Shown: positions 1 to 13,556 of the stretch, one piece after another
Position numbering within the stretch: position 1 is the first letter of the stretch
Layout: every line of letters starts with the position of its first letter
Assembly (NCBI GenBank): GCA_002633005.1
Contig: NMRA01000151.1
Span: 62,001-126,000, forward strand
Reading direction: 5' to 3'
Source: Phoronis australis
Lineage: Eukaryota > Animalia > Phoronida
DNA length: 64,000 nucleotides
Position numbers and translations under genes: made by a program
Notes under the pieces: model-generated
What the model was told of the DNA's origin: nothing
Seen by the model: only the letters and a program-made list of their open reading frames with translations
Database searches by the model: none

Positions 1-151
1 GCTTCGACAGAAGATTCACCGCCATTAATTTAATGTACCTCTGAGTATGAAGCTTGTGACTTCGGCTCAATCTAATTAGTGCTTTGGTATTTTTTCAATA
101 AGAGTTAACCCAGTGAAGACAACGAGAATCACCTCAAGAGTGACTGCTTAC

Positions 152-280
152 CATAGGTATCCTAACTACAGACACCTGTTGATTTCGGATTTGTTGCTGA
201 GCAACCATGACCAACTGACCCTGGTCATTTTTGACTAGCACTGCCCCAGGGGGCAGCTGCAAGCCTGGAGGAAGTCGAAT
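152..280 (-). CDS. TAF4: TAF4 coding exon 2; the gene continues left of the window
   Basis: Acceptor ttgtag|, then IRLPPGLQLPPGAVLVKNDQGQLVMVAQQQ..., matching the TAF4 'QLPPGMVLV.SENGQL' segment. Donor ATG|GTAAGC. Phase 0, compatible with exon 1. Confidence 0.8.
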
Positions 281-1582
281 CTACAATGTGGAAGTAAGAG
301 TTATAAATGAGGTCAAGAGTAAGACTAGACTACCAAAAACAAGTAAGAACTCCAATATTGCCGAATGAATATAATGATATACGGTAAGATCTCACCAATT
401 ACTGACTAAATGTTTGACAAAATTGATTTGTTTTCGTTTCTCAAAAGCAAACTAACATTGTTGTGACAGCCCACAATTTTCCATAACACTGATGGAAGCT
501 ATGGTATAAACCTTAAATATGATAAAATATATACTATTTGTTGCAAGTTCTCTCTCATGAATAAAATAAAATTCCAATTGCTTGCCATATTGCAACCTCA
601 ATAAGTAAGATTATTCCATACTTTTAGTCAAATGGTAGACTGCCCAGCCAATCATGACAATACTGCACCCAAATTTAAAAAGTTTCCACTGCTCACTCTC
701 AAATACCACGTGAAATGAATGAACAGATTCCATCGACATTATCACACACACGATCAGCGTTACATGCGACCTCCCTTAACATATCACCTTCAGGACTGTG
801 AAAAAGCGATGACAGATCCAAGTAACAACTTTCGACGACTTCAGAGCGATATACATGTACTGACATAGCAATGATGGCCAATAATATCAATTTCCACATC
901 ATCGATTTCTGATGATAAAAATGTGTAGTTTGAAAAGTTCAGATAATGGTTGCTTTTGTCATGATTTTTATTTCAAATCAAATTTCCTTGTAATTGGTTT
1001 TTGCCGTGATTATCAGCAAAGTTTGAATAAAAACAACTTCTCTAAAACCCTGCAAGTAAGCGTAGGTGGCAAATATGAAATAAAGTGTTTTTTGAAAGAT
1101 TTTGCTACTCAAATGTTTCACATAAAGGCAATGAACCTTATCTGTAAGATCATACTTGTTGTACATACAAACGACAGCACAAGTCCACTGGTTACATCTT
1201 ATGCAAAAACGGCTTAACTGTAAACATTTACATGTAAACGAACGGCCATGTTATCAGGATCAAGAAAAAGTGACCACATGTGTAGGCTGATAAGTTTTAC
1301 GATAACGAGTAAAGCAAAGCGAGGTCACATGTGCATGAAAAACTAGATCAAATAGGAGTACAAACATGTGGATGAGAATTTCTTATTGTTGTGTACTTGT
1401 CACTGAGAGCACTCGCGAACTTCTTATTCAGTGCACACCATGTGTTACGTTCGAGGTAACATTTACAAAATTACTTTACTCTTGATGATTTGCAAAACTA
1501 TTCACACAATACTCCAAGATAACATTAACACGACGCAATTAATTGCGAGTTAGTGTAGTCACATCGATTGACAATTACTCAC

Positions 1583-2665
1583 TCCAGGAGACGGTGCTAT
1601 TACACGAGCCTGCGGTGTTGTTATTCTAACTGGATTCTGAATGAGTCTTGGGGCCAGTGATCTTGCCTGAGCCGTTGTTACTGCCCTCGGCGCAGATATA
1701 ACCTGCACAGTTGATACACCACCTTGAGAAGATGGTTGCACTGGCCTCACAACAGTTACAGTCTGTGTGCCTCCTGGCAATACTGTGCTAGATAATTCTG
1801 TTTTTACTTTCTGTGGATCTTGTTTCACAATAATTTGTTGACCATGCACAATATTAGAATCTTGTTTAATTATGAACTGAGGTTTTGGCGAGTTTGACGT
1901 TAACGGACTAGTCCTAGATATGACAACTTGGTCATTTTTCACGCCACGTGTCTGGGTCAAACTGTCCGAGCTAGTAACAGGAACTACTAGAGGTTTTTGT
2001 TCAGCAGCAACACTGGCTAAGTCATACATAGCTCCAGTTACAGATCCTGATGTACTGACAACTACAGTACCAGGTCCATTGCTAGTGTTTACATGGTTAT
2101 CTTGAGTGGTAATATTGATATTGTGTACAGTCGTTACTGGATGAACATTAGATATTGCAGTTAATGGTTGACCAGTGACACTTTGAACAAAGTTTGTCGA
2201 CTGTGCAGCGTTCAAACCGTTGGGATTTAATGTAACATTAACACCTTGTCTTAGCACAGTCGGTGTGGAGCCAGAGGTTTGAACAGGTCCCGAAACATGA
2301 AGCTGTACACCAGTTGTGCTACACACAGCAGCGTTTGTAGAGCCATCAATAGAAGTAATTCCCAAAATCTGAGGCTGTTGAAGAGTAGTTCGCAGAATAT
2401 TATTTGCCGCTGTCGTGGTATGTTGCACACTTTGGTCGGAGTTTGCTGAATCCGCTTGAATATGCGGCGAGTCCAGGGGACTATTCTCAAGTTTTACATT
2501 CGTATTCACATGATTTAGTTCAGACGTCGGAACCAAAAGCTGGTGTCTCTTGTCTTTGTCTGTTGGAGATATCAGCCGCGACTCTAAGGACCCAACTAAC
2601 TCACTAATGACGCTCTCATCGACCGAAGAAGAGAGAATATCGTCGAGCGGGTTGGTGCTCGCCAT
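1583..2665 (-). CDS. TAF4: TAF4 (TFIID subunit 4), coding exon 1
   Basis: The N-terminus MASTNPLDDILSSSVDESVISELVGSLESRL resembles the conserved TAF4 N-terminal motif (LDE...VDE.VVSDLVGSLESQL). A Q/T/V/P-rich low-complexity region follows. The exon ends at a GGA|GTGAGT donor in phase 0. Confidence 0.85.
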
Positions 2666-3040
2666 TGCTGTTCAACAACTGATGTACGCATGCGTAATAG
2701 CCTTCACCAAAGGCGGGAAGGAAGCTAATTCAAATACCAAAACATATCTGATTTCTTTAGTAACTGGGAATATTTTGAATTGTTTTATTTTTTCAAAACC
2801 TGCCTAAAAAATGGCGCAAGCGATGGGGCAAAATTATGCTCATAAGAAACACGGACATTAAGTTTTCCAATAGCTCTTTTAACGGTAGGGTAAAGCAAAG
2901 AACGCTGGGAAACGAACTTTAAAGCGCCATCTGGCAGCAAAGTAGTCGCCATTTTCTGCTAGTCGTTACAGTCAGCGTAGTAGGTGAAGTTGAATCCATC
3001 AACATCTTCCCTCTTTGGGGAATTGTAACTACTTTGCACC
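2666..3040. promoter_or_regulatory. Bidirectional TAF4/LSM14 promoter and 5' UTR region
   Basis: Only 375 bp separate the divergent ATGs. It contains an NRF1-like palindrome TACGCATGCGTA (2685-2696), YY1-like AAAATGGCG (~2808) and CGCCATTTT (~2947) in opposite orientations, and a CTCF-like GCGCCATCTGGCAGC (~2924). Confidence 0.65.
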
Positions 3041-3161
3041 ATGAGTGTGGGAGGTCCATACCTCGGCAGCAAAATTAGCCTGATTTCTAAGGCAGATATT
3101 CGCTATGAGGGCATATTATATACTATTGATACGCACGAGTGTACTGTGGCTCTTGCTAAAG
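3041..3161 (+). CDS. LSM14: LSM14/RAP55/Trailer hitch, exon 1 (Lsm domain start)
   Basis: [40 protein letters not shown] is the diagnostic LSM14 N-terminus. GT donor at 3162. Confidence 0.95.
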
Positions 3162-4884
3162 GTTAGTTGTTGATGTTGTACTAAGCTTTTAGTTTCAGTG
3201 TAGGCCTACCGCACAGTTTTGTTTCTCTAAGAAGTTGCTTGGTTATTGTTGAGACCATGCTTATAAAATGACAATCATGACAAACCAACTTGAAGAACCT
3301 TATCTCACGCAGTAACGGTCCAGACCAGTATCTTTTGAAGAGTTCCAAAACAAAAAGTTGTGTTTTTGTGATGGACGGCTGGTTCTGCTTTAATTTTTTC
3401 GAACATGCTCTGCTTTCCATAACAACTTTAAAATAGTCAACGATAAACATTCAAACAAAACAAAATGTGCAACTTTACATCGTTCTTACTGCGAATTCAA
3501 ACACCGGACACAATTCTTGAGTAAACGCACCATGTCTTATTCGTTAGTTATGGATTACTAACTGCACATAAAAAGAAGAAAAGCAATTGGTTATTGTTTA
3601 CAATCCGACTCTCTTGATGTACATACTTGATACAAATGTTTTCTGAATCTTCTAGTCACGGTGATACCAAAAATGTATTACTTGCACTATTTGGTCCTTT
3701 CTTATTCATAAATTCAGTTTTTCCAAGGCATTCATTTGCAACGCAAATTTAGTGAGGCAGTCGTTTTTAAAAGTGCAACACTTTTCAGCAGGATGGATAA
3801 CTAACAGTTAACCTAGAGTGAAGTTGGTTCGACGCAGAATGTGTTCGTGTATTTAGCCTGCCTGTGATAGTTATCTTATTATCTAATTCCACTTGTTTGA
3901 AACAGTTTTTGTCACTGACACGACACTTGTCTGCCATAACACTAGTCGAAATCATGTTCGCGAGAAGTCCAGTGTTTTTGAGGACGACATTGTCTGTGAG
4001 AACGTATACTCTCATGTTTTTCTAAAGAAGAAGTTTTGAAAGTTTTGAAGAGGCACTCATATTACTGACTATTACTGTTTTTAACTCAGAGTTTCCCTAA
4101 TGTGCGGTATCTTCAATATAGTAGTCAATTTTGTGGTCTTCTGGCACGCGTGATAATTGTAGTTATCATTCTTGCCGGTCACCCGAGATCGGCTTATTAG
4201 CAAATGAACACCTCGGTAAAACAGTGAATGCATGAATAAGAAGAGCCTAATGGGTACGAGTAATACATTTTTGGAATCACAATGATCACCATGACGAGAG
4301 GATTTAGAAAATAGTAAAAGCAAGTATGTATAATGGAGTTGAATTACAAATAACTTAATGAACTGTCAATTTTATGCAAATCCAGAAATAATTTCTCATT
4401 TGAGTGAGGAACAGGATTAGACAAACTCTATAACTGTAAACCGTGTAAGCGATGTGAGTCAAAGGTTTGCTTGAGTTTGATGGAACCCGGGTTTATCGTG
4501 TTTGTAAGGTGGTAAAGGTGCTTTTACACCAGTGTTCTATCAAAGAAACTATCTTTTGACTTGGACCACTGTTCAATAAAACAGTAAACTGGTCTTAGCT
4601 TACCTACTGGCCTTTTTACTGTTTTCGAGTCCACCCCTCTATCAACCAAACCGCTCTAGGTATATCCCTGTTCACTGACAGCCAGTAGAGGATTTAGTGA
4701 TAAGTTGAGTTCTGAGTGTCATTACCAATATAGAATAATTTATCAGCCTCACGTGGTTGTGGATTGTCAAATTCTTGGAACTTGTATTTTCTTTTGAAAT
4801 AAAAAAGCCACAAGTGCAAGTGACATTTTGTATATAAATGCTTTGTTTCTTGCTAGTAATGATGCCTTACTACTAATGTTGCAG

Positions 4885-5069
4885 TGAGGACATTTGGTAC
4901 AGAAGATCGGCCAGCAGAGCGCCCTGTACCAGCCCGTGATGAGATTTTCGAGTACATCATATTCCGTGGCAGGGATATCAAGGATCTACATGTGTGTGAG
5001 GGCCCATGCAAGGCCACGCCCCCGCAGGAGCCAGACCCACCTCAGGATCAGGATCCTGCTATCGTTAAG
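4885..5069 (+). CDS. LSM14: LSM14 exon 2
   Basis: [39 protein letters not shown]...DPAIVK, bounded by gcag| and |gtgagt. Confidence 0.95.
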
Positions 5070-5369
5070 GTGAGTTAGAAATAGTGTTGAAGCTTAAACT
5101 ACAAAGTATTTGGGGTGCTTTAACTCAAAATATGCAACACAAGAAAAAATGTGCTCTGACTCAAGAAAAGGAAGGAGATGGCTGAATGGAAGCAGTTATG
5201 ACTGAACTTGATTCTCGAATAGTTCTGACAACTGTGGTGCCCCCTATTGGTGATTTTGCCGTTTTTGCGTCCATGGCTGTCTCCTTAATCCTTTTTAGGA
5301 GTTAATGAAACATTTGCCTCTGTATGTTCAGAGATCTGTGACAAATTTTATTCCTCCCAGAATTCCCCC

Positions 5370-5408
5370 GAGTACTACCATGAGTACTACCATGAGTACT
5401 ACCATGAG
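5370..5408. repeat. 12-bp tandem repeat (GAGTACTACCAT)x3
   Basis: Read directly from the sequence. Confidence 0.85.
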
Positions 5409-5741
5409 ATACGGACATGCGCAAAGCGGACCATTCCACGGACTTATCTTCAAGAGGAAGACGTGTTTTTCCTTTGGAAGGTTTTTTCGCGCAAGTTACA
5501 CCGCGACCACGCTCAATTGCATAACTCTTTGCTAATGAGCATTTTTTCTTCTTATCAACTATATCATCATCTTGGAAGTTTTGGCCGACCGAGCTCACCG
5601 ACTCTGTGTGACTCGACGGGCCACACCTTGCCCGGTTTTACCGGCGCTGAGCATTACGACTCTACAAATTTTCATATAATATGGCAAACAAATTTCTATT
5701 ATGAAGACAACTGTACCTGTCCGTTTTGGGATTGATTGTAC

Positions 5742-6288
5742 ATATGTGACCCCAACACCACAAAATGAGTCCTAAGTAGAGATTTGTCATTTTAGTAATT
5801 GTTATTTTGTCTGAAAATACAGTATTTTCTGGTCATTTTGATGTATGAAACGTGTCCTTATCTTACACATGGCCGAGTTATTGCCATTTCAAGTGGGCGA
5901 AAGCAAAAATTTAGAACTTTAATGGCCAAGAAAAAGTGATATTAGTGTCTTTAAAAACGATACAAAAAATAAAATTTATCAAAAATTAAAAAAAATGTTG
6001 ACATTGTTACATAATTGCAGCCATTTTCCAAGATGGCCACCATTCAATGAAAATGCATTGCTGATGGCCACCATGTAAATGAAAGAGATTCATGATTAGA
6101 AAAGGGGATAGTTTTTAAAAAGAACTGAAACTAATCACATGAGAGCACAATTCAATTGAGAAACATAAGTTTTCTCCTTTCAAAATGTGTCGCTATGGTA
6201 ACGGATAATTCAAAATGACCACCATTAAACTTAAATGAATATATAAATGAAGTTAACCAATTGCCAGTTGTTGTGCTGGGTCACATAT
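5742..6288. mobile_element. Non-autonomous TIR element (ATATGTGACCC...GGGTCACATAT)
   Basis: 11-bp perfect terminal inverted repeats with an imperfect extension; no ORF; superfamily unassigned. Confidence 0.6.
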
Positions 6289-6460
6289 AATGCACCAGCT
6301 ACTGGACACTTTTATGATTTTCTATTATTTTTGAGACTGCCTCTGTAGCCACCAAATCGCTCAACTATTGTAGATTACTGCATCTGGGGATGTATCACCT
6401 AAACTTTTGCAAGATCTGTTGGAAATTTGCCAAGTTTATTCGGAGGGATCTGAAAATTAA

Positions 6461-6593
6461 GCTAAGGAACTACACAGAAACAAAGGTAAATGTGAAAAAA
6501 AATTGCCTGAGGAGGCACAAAAGTAAACTACTTTTGTGCCTCCTCAGGCAATTTTTTTTCACATTTACCTTTGTTTCTGTGTAGTTCCTTAGC
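6461..6593. repeat. Perfect 65-bp inverted repeat with a 3-nt loop (foldback element) in LSM14 intron 2
   Basis: 6461-6525 is the exact reverse complement of 6529-6593. Confidence 0.92.
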
Positions 6594-7203
6594 CGAATTT
6601 AATGTTATTAGAAAATACTTCTTATTACAGAGACAAACATGGCTTCCTATTTTCAGATGGGTTTGACACATTTTACATCACCTAGCTGTCATTTTTGTAA
6701 TACTAGTAACGATACTTGAAGCATACCATTCGGGGTGCTGTTGTTGGTGCATTTGAGCTTTGAGGGCTACGCATTGTGTTGTTTGTGGAATATGGTTGCA
6801 CTTAACCTTAAGCTATGTGCATGGTGGTTACATGCACTGTTTGAGTTTGTGACAAGGCTACATGCAATGATAAAAACCATTAAGTATGACAGAAAATTAA
6901 AAGAGTGTTTATCATGAGTACATCGTCGATTTTGTGTACCCTTTTAAGTCTGCCTTCATAAGTCTTATCCCTGTCCGATTTATTAATTCTTTGTTTTAAT
7001 AGGAATATAGTGATAAAAGCCCATAATTTTTCACTTGGGACACTGCTACAGTCACACATTGATAATTTTGCAACAGTAATTTTCTTGGATACAACCTCAG
7101 GTGCATCCATTGTTTCTGCCATAAGAAATCTAATAACTCAATATCACAGCATTTAGCATAAAGTGTGTTAGGAGTTTTCATATTTACCCATCTCTCTGTC
7201 CAG

Positions 7204-7405
7204 TCGTCCTTGAGTGGCCCGGCAAGTAGCCATGGGTACCAGGCTATGAGCGCACCTCAACAACTACAGAAGCAAACTCAGTCCGCTCCAGGTAGTCAGT
7301 CCACGACTGACTATGCGTGTGGTGGTCAAGCAGTGTTACATCCTCCCACGTCATTCGCTCAAGTCACCGGTCAGCAGCCAAGTCAACAGCACCAGGCACA
7401 ATCAG
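7204..7405 (+). CDS. LSM14: LSM14 exon 3 (S/Q-rich linker), probable GC donor
   Basis: Pyrimidine tract and ccag|, then SSLSGPASSHGYQ...QQHQAQS. It ends at CAG|GCGAGT in phase 1, matching exon 4. Confidence 0.7.
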
Positions 7406-7999
7406 GCGAGTGGACAGTGTTACTAGTTTATTGGCATAGACTCAAAGCAAGCTACAGTGGCCATTTTGTGGGAGTAACTGCTGAAATATATCTTTGAAGA
7501 ATGAATTTCCCCATCTCAGTTTTTATATGCTCACTTAAATGGATGGATATTGTTGTCATCCTGTCAAGTGTCTGTTTGTGTCTCAAAAACAGTGTACGCC
7601 ACTTTACAATCTGCCCCAGGCCCAGGGGAGGTGGGTTTCTTCAGTTTATGGGGGGTGGATGGTTTGGCAGATTTCAGTGAAGTTTGACACAAAGGTAAGC
7701 AGTCTAATGTCTTCACAAAGCTAGAGCAGAAATGCAGTTTTGAGGAAATGCACAAGACTTATTGACTTTTGACAATTGTTTCAGTTAGGCTCATATCCAT
7801 TTTTTGCTGAGTGTTATATTAAAATTTCATTTCCGTGTGAATTCCGAAGTTACTTGAGATATGCGAGTGTGTTGCTGATGGCTCATGACAGGTGTTGATA
7901 TTCTCTTGTCCTCTTGAGCCTCTGCTTGCAGTTTGCTTCAGGTAGAGTTCCAGACGACTCTACCACTCATGCTTACCGCTATGCATGTTTTATTTGTAG

Positions 8000-8158
8000 G
8001 ACTGCAGAGCAGTGCGCCACCAGCACGAGGGTCACCCTCTACCGATCACCATCATCACAGACAGCAGCAGTACCAACGCCAAGACGGCAGTCATCAGAAC
8101 CACCCAATCAGACAAAACCGTGGTGGCGGTGGACAGCGTGGTGGCCGACAGCCCAGAG
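8000..8158 (+). CDS. LSM14: LSM14 exon 4
   Basis: ttgtag| GLQSSAPPARG...RGGGGQRGGRQPR |gtaagt; RGG-rich; phase 1-1. Confidence 0.8.
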
Positions 8159-9299
8159 GTAAGTGAGTACACAAGCAATCAGGATGTCTGCATTGTGATG
8201 ATTATCACAATTTCTTCTTCTGATGCTATGTCAAGAAATTATGAAAAGTATTCGCAATATAATAGATTAGAGTTTTGTGGTTTATTTTGAAAACAGACCT
8301 TAAAACATGTCTGTATGATAAGGTAAAACATGTCCAATGAGTCCACCACTCAAACCAAAATTTTTTGGCTTGGCATAGTGCAGTGTATTGTTACTTGTTT
8401 TTGTTTCGGTCACTTAAAAGAATACTGTTTGTGTGAAGGTGTTATTAATGAGACGGTTTAGTTTCTTAAAAAGATACGTGGACTCTGAACCATCCAGCAG
8501 ACATGACCCCTAATGTATTTCTGTAAAGTGTGTGTGAACGTCATTTAGTATATTTCGACTGTTCTTACCTATTTTGCCACTATTGTTTAGTCTCACCTTA
8601 AGATGGCATTACATATCACAGTTGATGAATTGTTATTTCCAAAAACAGTTGGAAATCCTTGACTTTCCTGCTACAAGTTAATTAGTACTGAGGATCTGAG
8701 TGTGGTATACTGCTTTCCGTTGTGCATCATTGAAGAAATGTTAAAAATTCGCTAGATAGAAGCTAATTAACGTTTTTATTGCCTATTGCCGTCATCTCTG
8801 TCTGGGCGTTCATAGCTGTATCTCTTAAATCCCTCAAAGAATCTTTTTGAGATTAAGCAGATGTCTTCATAAAAAAGTGATTATGGATGACGACAAGTTT
8901 TGGACCAATCCGACTACCACTGTGCCTCCTAGTGGTAATTTTATGTTTTTACGGTTTCCTATGTATCTTTGGAATTCTTGGGTGGATTTAGTTTCATGAA
9001 ATTTGGCGAATAGGTTTCTATTGAAGAGACGACAACGCCTTCCATTTTTGGATGGCTTTGACGATTCTGTGGCCATTTTTTTCATACTTTTATTTTGCTC
9101 TAGCATGATAATTACATGTCACATCAAACAATACAATATACGTCGTTTAGAATAACATTAAAACATTAGTCAATAAGTACCGTATTTCCTTCAGGATGTA
9201 ATTTAATAAAGTTAATGAACAATTGGAAATTAAGATTTCTAAAAAAACTTCTGGCTAAGTATGTCATTTTTTGCTAGCATGATCAACATATTAATGTTA

Positions 9300-10017
9300 G
9301 GGCTGTTCCAGCAAAATCTGTATGGGAGGGGGGGGAAGGCACTTTTATTTCGTACCCACCGCCCATATTTTTCATTTATTTCTCCAACCCATGACCCATA
9401 ATTTTTTAATTATTTTTAATAGGTTAAAATATAAAATCCAACACTTGCAAACAAATTGCCTCCAGGAGGACCTGTTAAGAACTTAGATGATTGACAGACA
9501 AGAACTAGTTGTCTTGTCCAATATTGTCAAAAACTAATGTAAAAGTGGCCTGTTGGCAGCCATCAGGTGTCTCTGTTCACCATGTTTTTATAATTTCAAT
9601 GAACATTTTTTCATTTATAAGGATCTATGAACTGTCTCCACGAACTCTTTTATACTTCTATGTCAAGTGAATATTGGAACTTGTTTATTTTGTTTATCTT
9701 ACTCCTCATACTTTTTATTTAAAAATCATCANTGACTTGATTAATGGCTTAGTGAACATATTGCACTCTGTTCACTGGCAATATGGGCTTTTTTGTATTG
9801 GGATAAGTTAGGATATATGCATTTTTTTGAGTTTTGAGGGCTGAAGTAACCAATCTGTCAACATTAACAGGTCAAAAAATACCACCCATTTTTAATGCAT
9901 CACTTCTTACAGGAACGACCACCTATAATTTGTGTTTTTTTCTGAAGACAACCACCCATGAATTTTTATTTCTACTGCCGTCCCCCCCCTCCCACACGGA
10001 TTTTACTGGAACAGCCC
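9300..10017. mobile_element. MITE with GGGCTGTTCCAG TIRs and TTA TSD (Harbinger/Zator-like)
   Basis: TTA|GGGCTGTTCCAGcAAAATC...GATTTTACTGGAACAGCCC|TTA. There is an internal n at 9732. Related copies lie at 15396-15680 and at 15051-15160 plus 16560-16722. Confidence 0.75.
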
Positions 10018-13000
10018 TTACAATTTTCCGACTGAATGTTTCCCCAAAGAACCAAAAAAAACACTGCTATCTTGTCCACATGAAAATTTACACGAAATGT
10101 TTATTTTAACCTCTCAGCAAACAGGAGCCAGAAACCAGAGACAAGACGACATTCCCAAAAGAGATGGAGAAAAGTTTCACTGTGTTCACCACAGAAAGAG
10201 CATAGATCACTTGTTTTTATTTTAATTTTATGGCCATTCTTTAAGTTTTCGAGTTTTTTGGCGTCCGCCTTACTATCTGCCTAACTGCTTGAAGAATCAT
10301 GAAAATTGTCAGGTGTGATCCTAATGAGGAAACTACAGCTGTCATTGATTTTCAGACAGGTTTCACTACTCTGGTGCCCCCTAGTGTGGATTTTATTTTT
10401 TTGTGTCCGCGGCATATCTCCTTAATCCATTGCATGAACTTTGTGATATTTAGCACATGTGTTCCTATGGAGCTGAAAACAGATGATGACGAGTTTCAGT
10501 CCACTCCGTCGATTAGTGTGTACCCTAGTGGCAATTTTATTTTTTTACGTTTTCCTGTATATCTTCAGAGTTCCTTCATGGATTTTCATGAAATACACGG
10601 CACATAGGTTATTGATAAGGAGGTGATGATGCCATTCCATTTTTGGATGGATTTGACAGATTTTACACCACCTTGTGGCCATTTTTGTTATTGTTGCATT
10701 TTTGCATCTGTTTTCTGGTGTCCTCTTCTCGTCTGCCATACCGTTCAGAGGATCATTAATAAAATTTACAGAATAGTTCCTGATGAGAAGACCACGACTG
10801 AAGTTGACTGTCTTATGGGTCCGGCTTTTGTGTCGCCCTCTAGTGACTATTTTGTTTTTTTCGTCTGAGTCCAAATCTCCCTCTTTGAAGGAGCATTGTG
10901 AAATTGGTAATGACTGTTAAACTGATCCAAATACCACTGTGCCCCTAGTGGCAAAACGTTTTCTTGGCGTTTGTCTCTGTGTCTTTGGAGTTCGTTAATG
11001 TATTTTCATGAAATACAGGCATGGAAAAACATTGTGAACACCTTTTTACAGATCTGTTTTTGGGTAAAGAAATGAGGACTGCTTTTGAATCAAGGAACTG
11101 TCTGTTGTGTATCCAACTTATCTTGATTCATGGTGTATATTCCGGCATGTATTAACATAACTATTTAAGTTCAGTAAGGAACCTTTCTACTGATTAACTG
11201 GTCGGGATATTTTCACTAAGCACGTCCATCAAATTACTGTATTTTAAAAACTGTTTCAGAGGCAAGTAACTAGGGAAAGTACCAGCTGAACACAGTTTCA
11301 ATACACTAACAGGCTGGAAGTTCGAATTTTTGATATTTGGTCTGCACGCAAAAATCTGTAAATTTACTGAAATGTCTGCAAATTTACTGAAAAATCTGCA
11401 AAGTACTCCAATGCAGTTTTGGTGGTACTCAGGTCTGCTAACGTATTTACCGTTGTTGGAAAAGTTAGCCGGTTCTGTCGTAAATCGGCTGCTGCTAAAA
11501 TTGTGATGCCTTCTCTTGAGTCGGCTTTTACGTCACCTGACCTTGACCAGTTTCTTTTCCCCCAATTCTTATATCAACTGTTCTTTGCTGCTGCCACAAG
11601 GTTGCGAACATGTCACAACATATTATCAGAACTTGTTTCATTTCGTTACAAGTTTTTAGTATTTTAAGACCAGCAAACTGAATTGTAGAACAAACTTTGC
11701 TGCTGCGAAGCTGTCATCATCTCCCATAAAGAAGTCGCAAACTTTTAGAAAATGGCGTGTGCGCCGTGTCATGAGCATGCTGGGTTTTTTTTTTGAAACT
11801 TACGACACTTTTATGTTACAAAAGGTGGCGAATTATGCTAGAAAATGACATTTATTTGCTTGTTTTCCACTTAAATTGTTGCAACGAACGTGGCGAGTGA
11901 TGGTTAACGACCATATTTTGCATGCATCCCCACCGGTTTGTTCGCTCCACATGTTGATGTAAGTTTTACGACAAGGTGATGAGCATAAGTTAACTACACC
12001 CAGTCCCGGGTACTCAACGGGCTGTGTGAAATTTCTGGATCTAATGGAGCTCAACACACTGGTAGGATAGTTTTCATACAGCTATAGTTGGTAATAACTA
12101 ACCAACCTTTCAAGTTTACAGAGCTGAGTATTGGCTGACAGCTGGCTGGCTGGCTAGAGTCCACACTGCCTACAGTCACACCAGCATAAATTGTTGATAC
12201 GGACTGGTTGCACCGGCAAATTTTTCGTCTGATGATGACGACAACTGGGTATCACTCTTGTGTTGCCTCGGCTCATTTAGGTATCCCTGGTGACCCGACA
12301 TTTCACACTAAAATTTCTTATTCCAACAGTTTGAAGAACACCACTTGACTGCATGCTAAAATAGGACACTGACTTTACCGCACCAGATACGTCGCGAGAA
12401 GCAGCGCTCCAAGTGGATGATTTTTTTTAGCTTCGTTAGAGAATATAAGTTTACTTTTTGCTGTTGAATTATTTGTGAAATTAATCATCAACAACTCGTA
12501 GAAAACTATGCAAAATTTATTCAGAATAAAATACAGTTCCCTTTTGAAGGATCTTTGCGAAATTTGGCAGATGGGCTGTTATAGAGATGGCACGAGATGA
12601 CAATGAGTTTCAGACCAAGCGGACTGCAGCTGTGCCCCCTGGTATCAATTGTTTTAACATTTGCCTGTATATCTTAGGAGTTCCTTGTCTTATTTTCACG
12701 AAATTTGACAAATAGTTGGATTCGGGTGGGTTTGATGCATTTGCGCTATCTAATGGCCATTTTTATGATACTAAAAACACCCGTAGAAGCACACCATTAG
12801 CGGTGCAGTCGAGGGCACATTTCAACTTTCCTCGTTGCTCTTGTGTCAAGTTGTGAGAGACATGTGACACAATGATAAACTTCAAAGTTACTTTTGATAG
12901 AAAGACAGTGTTTGTGAGCACTGTTTTTTTATCTAGGTACCATAGTTTTAGAATTGGTGAAATTAGTCTCTGCGAATTTAACCTAAAATGTTTTGTTCAA

Positions 13001-13051
13001 TATCTGGTGTTGAGCTGTTGCTAATTAATTGCAAACTTTGTCTTTCTCCAG

Positions 13052-13222
13052 GGGGTGGTGGGTTCCGCTCGCCAAGAGGTGGCTACCGTGGCAGGGGTGG
13101 TCCCCGGCCTAACACAGGTTCGCGGACACTAGAATTTGATGGCGAGTTTGACTTTGAAAGTGCAAATGCAGAGTTTGAGAAGGAGGACCTTGAGAAGGAA
13201 ATGAAGCAGAAGTGTACTATAG
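13052..13222 (+). CDS. LSM14: LSM14 exon 5 (RGG + FDF motif)
   Basis: GGGFRSPRGGYRGRGG...LEFDGEFDFESANAEFEKE contains the DFDF box. Splice sites are canonical. Confidence 0.92.
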
Positions 13223-13556
13223 GTATGCTGGTGCTTAAGGCTATTTGAACCATGTTTGTTTGAAGATAGGTGTGGTCATGACCATTCTAAAATTGCTGTA
13301 GTTGACTGATGCTGTAGTAGCACCGCTAGCTGATCAGCTGTGAGATAATAAGTTAACACTAAACAGTCAAACAGATAATTTGAGTGCAACTCTTGTAACG
13401 TGATTTTTATGCACCCACAATGAGGTGCCAAAACTTTGTATTTTCGTTTGCGTCATTTCCCATTTATTTTCAAATGTGATGTGGCCAGTCATCATTTGCA
13501 GAGTGTGTGTGTTACCCAAGTAACCACTGTTGTATGTGTTCTCTCCCCATTCACAG

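Noticed and set aside
699-910. 67-aa ORF, or an intronic C/D snoRNA on the minus strand (GATGATG...CTGA)
   Set aside because: The box C is imperfect, there is no clear terminal stem or recognisable guide, and no protein motif.
10110-10180. Extra LSM14 cassette exon after ctctcag
   Set aside because: There is no good in-phase donor and no recognisable LSM14 similarity.
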